A stretch of 50,965 bases of DNA from an uncultured bacterium (GTDB lineage Bacteria > Verrucomicrobiota > Kiritimatiellia > RFP12 > UBA1067). The notes beneath the pieces are model-generated. The model searched no databases and was not told the DNA's origin. It saw nothing but the letters and a program-made list of their open reading frames with translations. The stretch spans positions 1-50,965 of the forward strand of contig CADCPA010000133.1 in the NCBI GenBank assembly GCA_902803135.1, written 5' to 3'. The position numbers were made by a program, and so were the translations under genes. Shown piece after piece: positions 48,225 to 50,965 of this stretch (positions within the stretch are counted from its first letter, which is position 1; each line of letters opens with the position of its first letter).

Positions 48225-50965
48225 ATGCAGTTCAGAATCGCACAGTCCGCTCTTGCCGCGTTCCTGTTCCTGGCGCTTCCTTTCTTCGCGCCTCCGTCCG
48301 TGCGCGCGGACTCCTTCGCAGTGGAAAGCTGCACGAAATACGATACAGGCGCCACTTCGTACACGGTCCCGTCCTCGGTCAACTACGTCGTGGTCAAGAA
48401 GGCCTCCGAGAACATCGTCATCTGGACGAAAGACGAACTGACGCGCGAGCAGCTGACCGCCATTGAGTCGTACGCCCGTGCTCATGATCCCAGCCTTAAG
48501 GACCGCGCCGCGATTTTCATCTCCGGTCAAGGCGACCACTACATCGACACGATGTACGGCACGATTACCTTCGCCTACGGCACCGGCGGTCTCGTGGTCA
48601 CGATGCCGCGCCAATGGTCGCATCTTGACTACGGCCACTACACGGAACCGGAGCCGGAGCCCGAACCGGAGCCCGATCCCACGCCCGACTCCGCCAAGCT
48701 GACGATCCGGAAAACCGTCAACGGCTCGCTTTGGCGCGTCCGCTGCGACTATATGGATGTCGAGGGGCAGGACACGTGCGACGTCCGCGTCATCAATGGC
48801 GTTCTGTGGAAGCGCGACTGGATCTCCAACCCGCGGGGAACCACCAGCCTGGAAGGCCACCGCAGCAACAAGTGCGGCGACGCCGAGCACTGGGTCATCT
48901 GGGTCAACCCCGCCGGCGTGCCCTACCGCATGGATGAAATCAAGTCCGGCGCGACCGGCGGCACCCTGTCGACTGTCGTCTATCGCACGAAAGTCGAGAT
49001 GACGGACGAGGAAATCGCCAACGTCGGCAACCCCGAACGTCCGGAATGCCTCGAAAAGTACAAGCGGAATTTCGAGGAACCCATGTCCTATGCGGACGTC
49101 CGGACCGGCAAGCGGCTTTACTGGATCACCTCCAACGGAGACCGGGTCTGGTACCATACCGGCGTGCCGTATGAAGACAATCCCAGCTTCATCATTTCCG
49201 TGGACGGCGTGCCGTATGTTCTGACGGGCGGCCAGTCCGTGGAGATCGAGGACCTCGAACCCGGTCTCCATGAAATCAGCGAAACCGAGAATCCGCTCTA
49301 TTCGCTTGGTACGGTCGTGTCTTCGTCGGGAAATCTTATCCAGTCCGAGAACGGCTGGACGGTCCAGATCCAGATTGACGAGGGCGAGGATGTCAGCATT
49401 ACATGGCCCAACATCCAGCCCGGTCCCGATCCGGAGCCCCCGGTCGTCCACGTCGACACCATTTGCGAGCTTCTGGACTTCGGCAAGCGCTTCAACGCCG
49501 TCATCTTCGGCGACCTCCTGACCTCGGGCGGCGACTGCGAAGGCAACCTCCTCGTCTGGGGCAAGGCCACGCTTTCCGCCGGCTACACCGTCGGGCTCCC
49601 CGGCACCGCCGTGGACAGCCGCCATGATGCGCTCATCGTCGGCGGCGACCTCGTCATCGGCCAGCAGGATGTCAACGGCAACGTCGTCTACGGCGGCGAC
49701 TACCTGGGCGCGGACCGAGCCTGGGCCGGGTATGCGCTGCGCCATGTGACCCCCGTGACGATTGACCGCTACGGGAACGTCCCGGCCGATGGCTCCGGCC
49801 GCACGTCCGCCGAACTTCTCGCAGCCGTCCGCGAAGTCTCCACCCGCGTGGCGGCGTGGAAGCCGAACGGCACCGTCACAGTCCGCGAAGACGGCAGCCT
49901 GGTCCTCTCCGGCACGGATGCGGTCCGCAACGTCTTCTCGGTCATGGCCGAGCAGTGGAGCGGCTCGCAGCGCGATTGGATCTTCGACGTGCCGGCCGGC
50001 AGCAAGATCGTCGTCAATGTCGACGGCTCCTTCGTGGAGCTCGCGTACGGCCGCTTCGTCCTCCCCTCCGGCATCTCCTGCGAGGATGTCCTCGTCAACT
50101 ACACCGATGCCACCCACCTCTCCTTCGCCAGCGTTGACCACGCCGGCTCCGTGCTGGCGCCCTACGCCTCGGGCTCCTTCTCGGGCGGCGCCATCGAGGG
50201 CGGCGCCATTCTGGGCGGCGATGTCACGACCCGGAACGGATTCGAGTTCCACAACCACGGGCTGGATGTCTTCTTCTGCCCGACCATGCCCGAGGTCACC
50301 GTGACGGCGACGGCCGCCGGCGCCGCCGACGGCGACATCTGGTACGCCGAACCCGGCACCCAGGTGCAGGTCACCGTCGTGGTCGGCAATCCCAGCGACT
50401 TCTGGCTCCACAACGTCAAGCTGACCGACTCGAATGGCAAGACCACCGCGCTTGGCAACATCGCCCCCGGCACCTCCGTCACCACCGTCCAGACCCTGGC
50501 CGTCGGGGACAGCGGACGCTTCACCTATTCCGCAACAGTCACCGCGGAGGCCTATGATGTCGCGAACGGCGCCATCTTCGGGGACCGGCCTTCCGTTTCG
50601 GCGTCCGACGTGGCCGTTGCGGCCGTCGCCGCGGCGGCGGGTTCTGGCGGAACCGCGTCCGAAGGCGGCGACACGCCCGCCGGCTCTGGCAACACCGGGA
50701 ATTCCGGCGCTTCCAGCCCCTCCGCGCTCGCCGACTACTCGGTCGAGGACATGTGGTTCTCCTGCACGCCGACCTTCGCGGGCGAGCGGTTCACGGTCAA
50801 CGTCCGCGTCAAGAACAACGGCGACGCCGTCGGCGAAGGCGCGCTTCTCGGAATCTACCTCGTCGACGTCGACCACGGCGCCACAATCGCCGACGGCGAG
50901 GCCATCGATGCCGTCCGCTCCGTCGAGATGGGCCGCATCCCCGCCGGTGGTTCCCGCGTCTACTC
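48225..50965 (+). CDS. Surface protein with choice-of-anchor A domain, Cna-B/prealbumin-like and CARDB/DUF11-like modules (3' end outside window)
   Basis: Not in the ORF track because it has no stop in the window. I read the frame from ATG48225 (AAGGAGA at 48212-48218) to the end without a stop; codons are GC3-rich. Signal MQFRIAQSALAAFLFLALPFFAPPSVRA, (EP)n linker. LEPGLHEISETENPLYSL is Cna-B-like. Choice-of-anchor A hallmarks FNAVIFGDLLTSGGDCEGNLLVWGKATLSAGYTVG ... GSVLAPYASGSFSGGAIEGGAILGGDVTTRNGFEFHNHGL. CARDB-like GERFTVNVRVKNNGDAVGEG. Confidence 0.8.
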   Translation, partial: MQFRIAQSALAAFLFLALPFFAPPSVRADSFAVESCTKYDTGATSYTVPSSVNYVVVKKASENIVIWTKDELTREQLTAIESYARAHDPSLKDRAAIFISGQGDHYIDTMYGTITFAYGTGGLVVTMPRQWSHLDYGHYTEPEPEPEPEPDPTPDSAKLTIRKTVNGSLWRVRCDYMDVEGQDTCDVRVINGVLWKRDWISNPRGTTSLEGHRSNKCGDAEHWVIWVNPAGVPYRMDEIKSGATGGTLSTVVYRTKVEMTDEEIANVGNPERPECLEKYKRNFEEPMSYADVRTGKRLYWITSNGDRVWYHTGVPYEDNPSFIISVDGVPYVLTGGQSVEIEDLEPGLHEISETENPLYSLGTVVSSSGNLIQSENGWTVQIQIDEGEDVSITWPNIQPGPDPEPPVVHVDTICELLDFGKRFNAVIFGDLLTSGGDCEGNLLVWGKATLSAGYTVGLPGTAVDSRHDALIVGGDLVIGQQDVNGNVVYGGDYLGADRAWAGYALRHVTPVTIDRYGNVPADGSGRTSAELLAAVREVSTRVAAWKPNGTVTVREDGSLVLSGTDAVRNVFSVMAEQWSGSQRDWIFDVPAGSKIVVNVDGSFVELAYGRFVLPSGISCEDVLVNYTDATHLSFASVDHAGSVLAPYASGSFSGGAIEGGAILGGDVTTRNGFEFHNHGLDVFFCPTMPEVTVTATAAGAADGDIWYAEPGTQVQVTVVVGNPSDFWLHNVKLTDSNGKTTALGNIAPGTSVTTVQTLAVGDSGRFTYSATVTAEAYDVANGAIFGDRPSVSASDVAVAAVAAAAGSGGTASEGGDTPAGSGNTGNSGASSPSALADYSVEDMWFSCTPTFAGERFTVNVRVKNNGDAVGEGALLGIYLVDVDHGATIADGEAIDAVRSVEMGRIPAGGSRVY

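Noticed and set aside
48048-50876. 942-aa minus-strand ORF opposite the choice-of-anchor A gene
   Set aside because: It is codon-aligned antisense of the + frame starting at 48225, which has an RBS, a signal peptide and recognisable domains. The antisense product has none.
1-50965. Prophage, IS element, integron or integrative-element boundaries
   Set aside because: I recognised no integrase, transposase, recombinase, tRNA target or terminal inverted repeats. The only compositional anomaly is the ~0.95-kb vapBC segment, reported separately.

Overview
High-GC (about 65% by eye), densely coding bacterial chromosomal window. I call 29 CDS, mostly on the + strand, many with 1-4 nt start/stop overlaps. 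I recognised no rRNA, tRNA, CRISPR array, transposase or integrase. Many genes encode signal-peptide CAZyme-like proteins (discoidin/FN3/PA14/ConA modules, GHL10), plus GLUG, choice-of-anchor A and EpsI-like proteins. This suggests a PVC-type polysaccharide degrader (Kiritimatiellota/Lentisphaerota/Verrucomicrobiota-like); the taxon is inference only. Layout: (1) 199-6921, two large secreted carbohydrate-active-like proteins. (2) 6934-9016, RHH-PIN toxin-antitoxin pair, radC and a YqiA-like esterase. (3) 9148-15523, three glycoside-hydrolase-like genes. (4) 15573-22541, a tight rmuC-addB-addA DNA-break-processing operon, start/stop-coupled to a secreted alpha/alpha-toroid-like enzyme (22538-24916). 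(5) 24909-28022, a minus-strand operon: Gfo/Idh/MocA oxidoreductase, zinc-ribbon protein, truncated GT-like protein, membrane-anchored non-specific nuclease. (6) nadB, an NYN/YacP-like protein, an SGNH hydrolase and a 914-aa secreted unknown. (7) 34478-38012, a mixed operon: acyl-ACP thioesterase, SBP-permease fusion, lysozyme-like protein, EpsI-like protein. (8) 38236-47280, a ~3,000-aa secreted repeat protein. (9) 47281-48224, a low-GC RHH-PIN cassette. (10) 48225 to the window end, a 5'-partial choice-of-anchor A surface protein. The most unusual object is the giant protein. It has six copies of a head / Gly-rich beta-helix rung / Cys-His knuckle module that I cannot assign to a named family, followed by GLUG-LamG-GLUG. 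Its upstream accessory operon is the second point of interest. The many long antisense ORFs in the track are codon-aligned shadow ORFs of a high-GC genome and are rejected.
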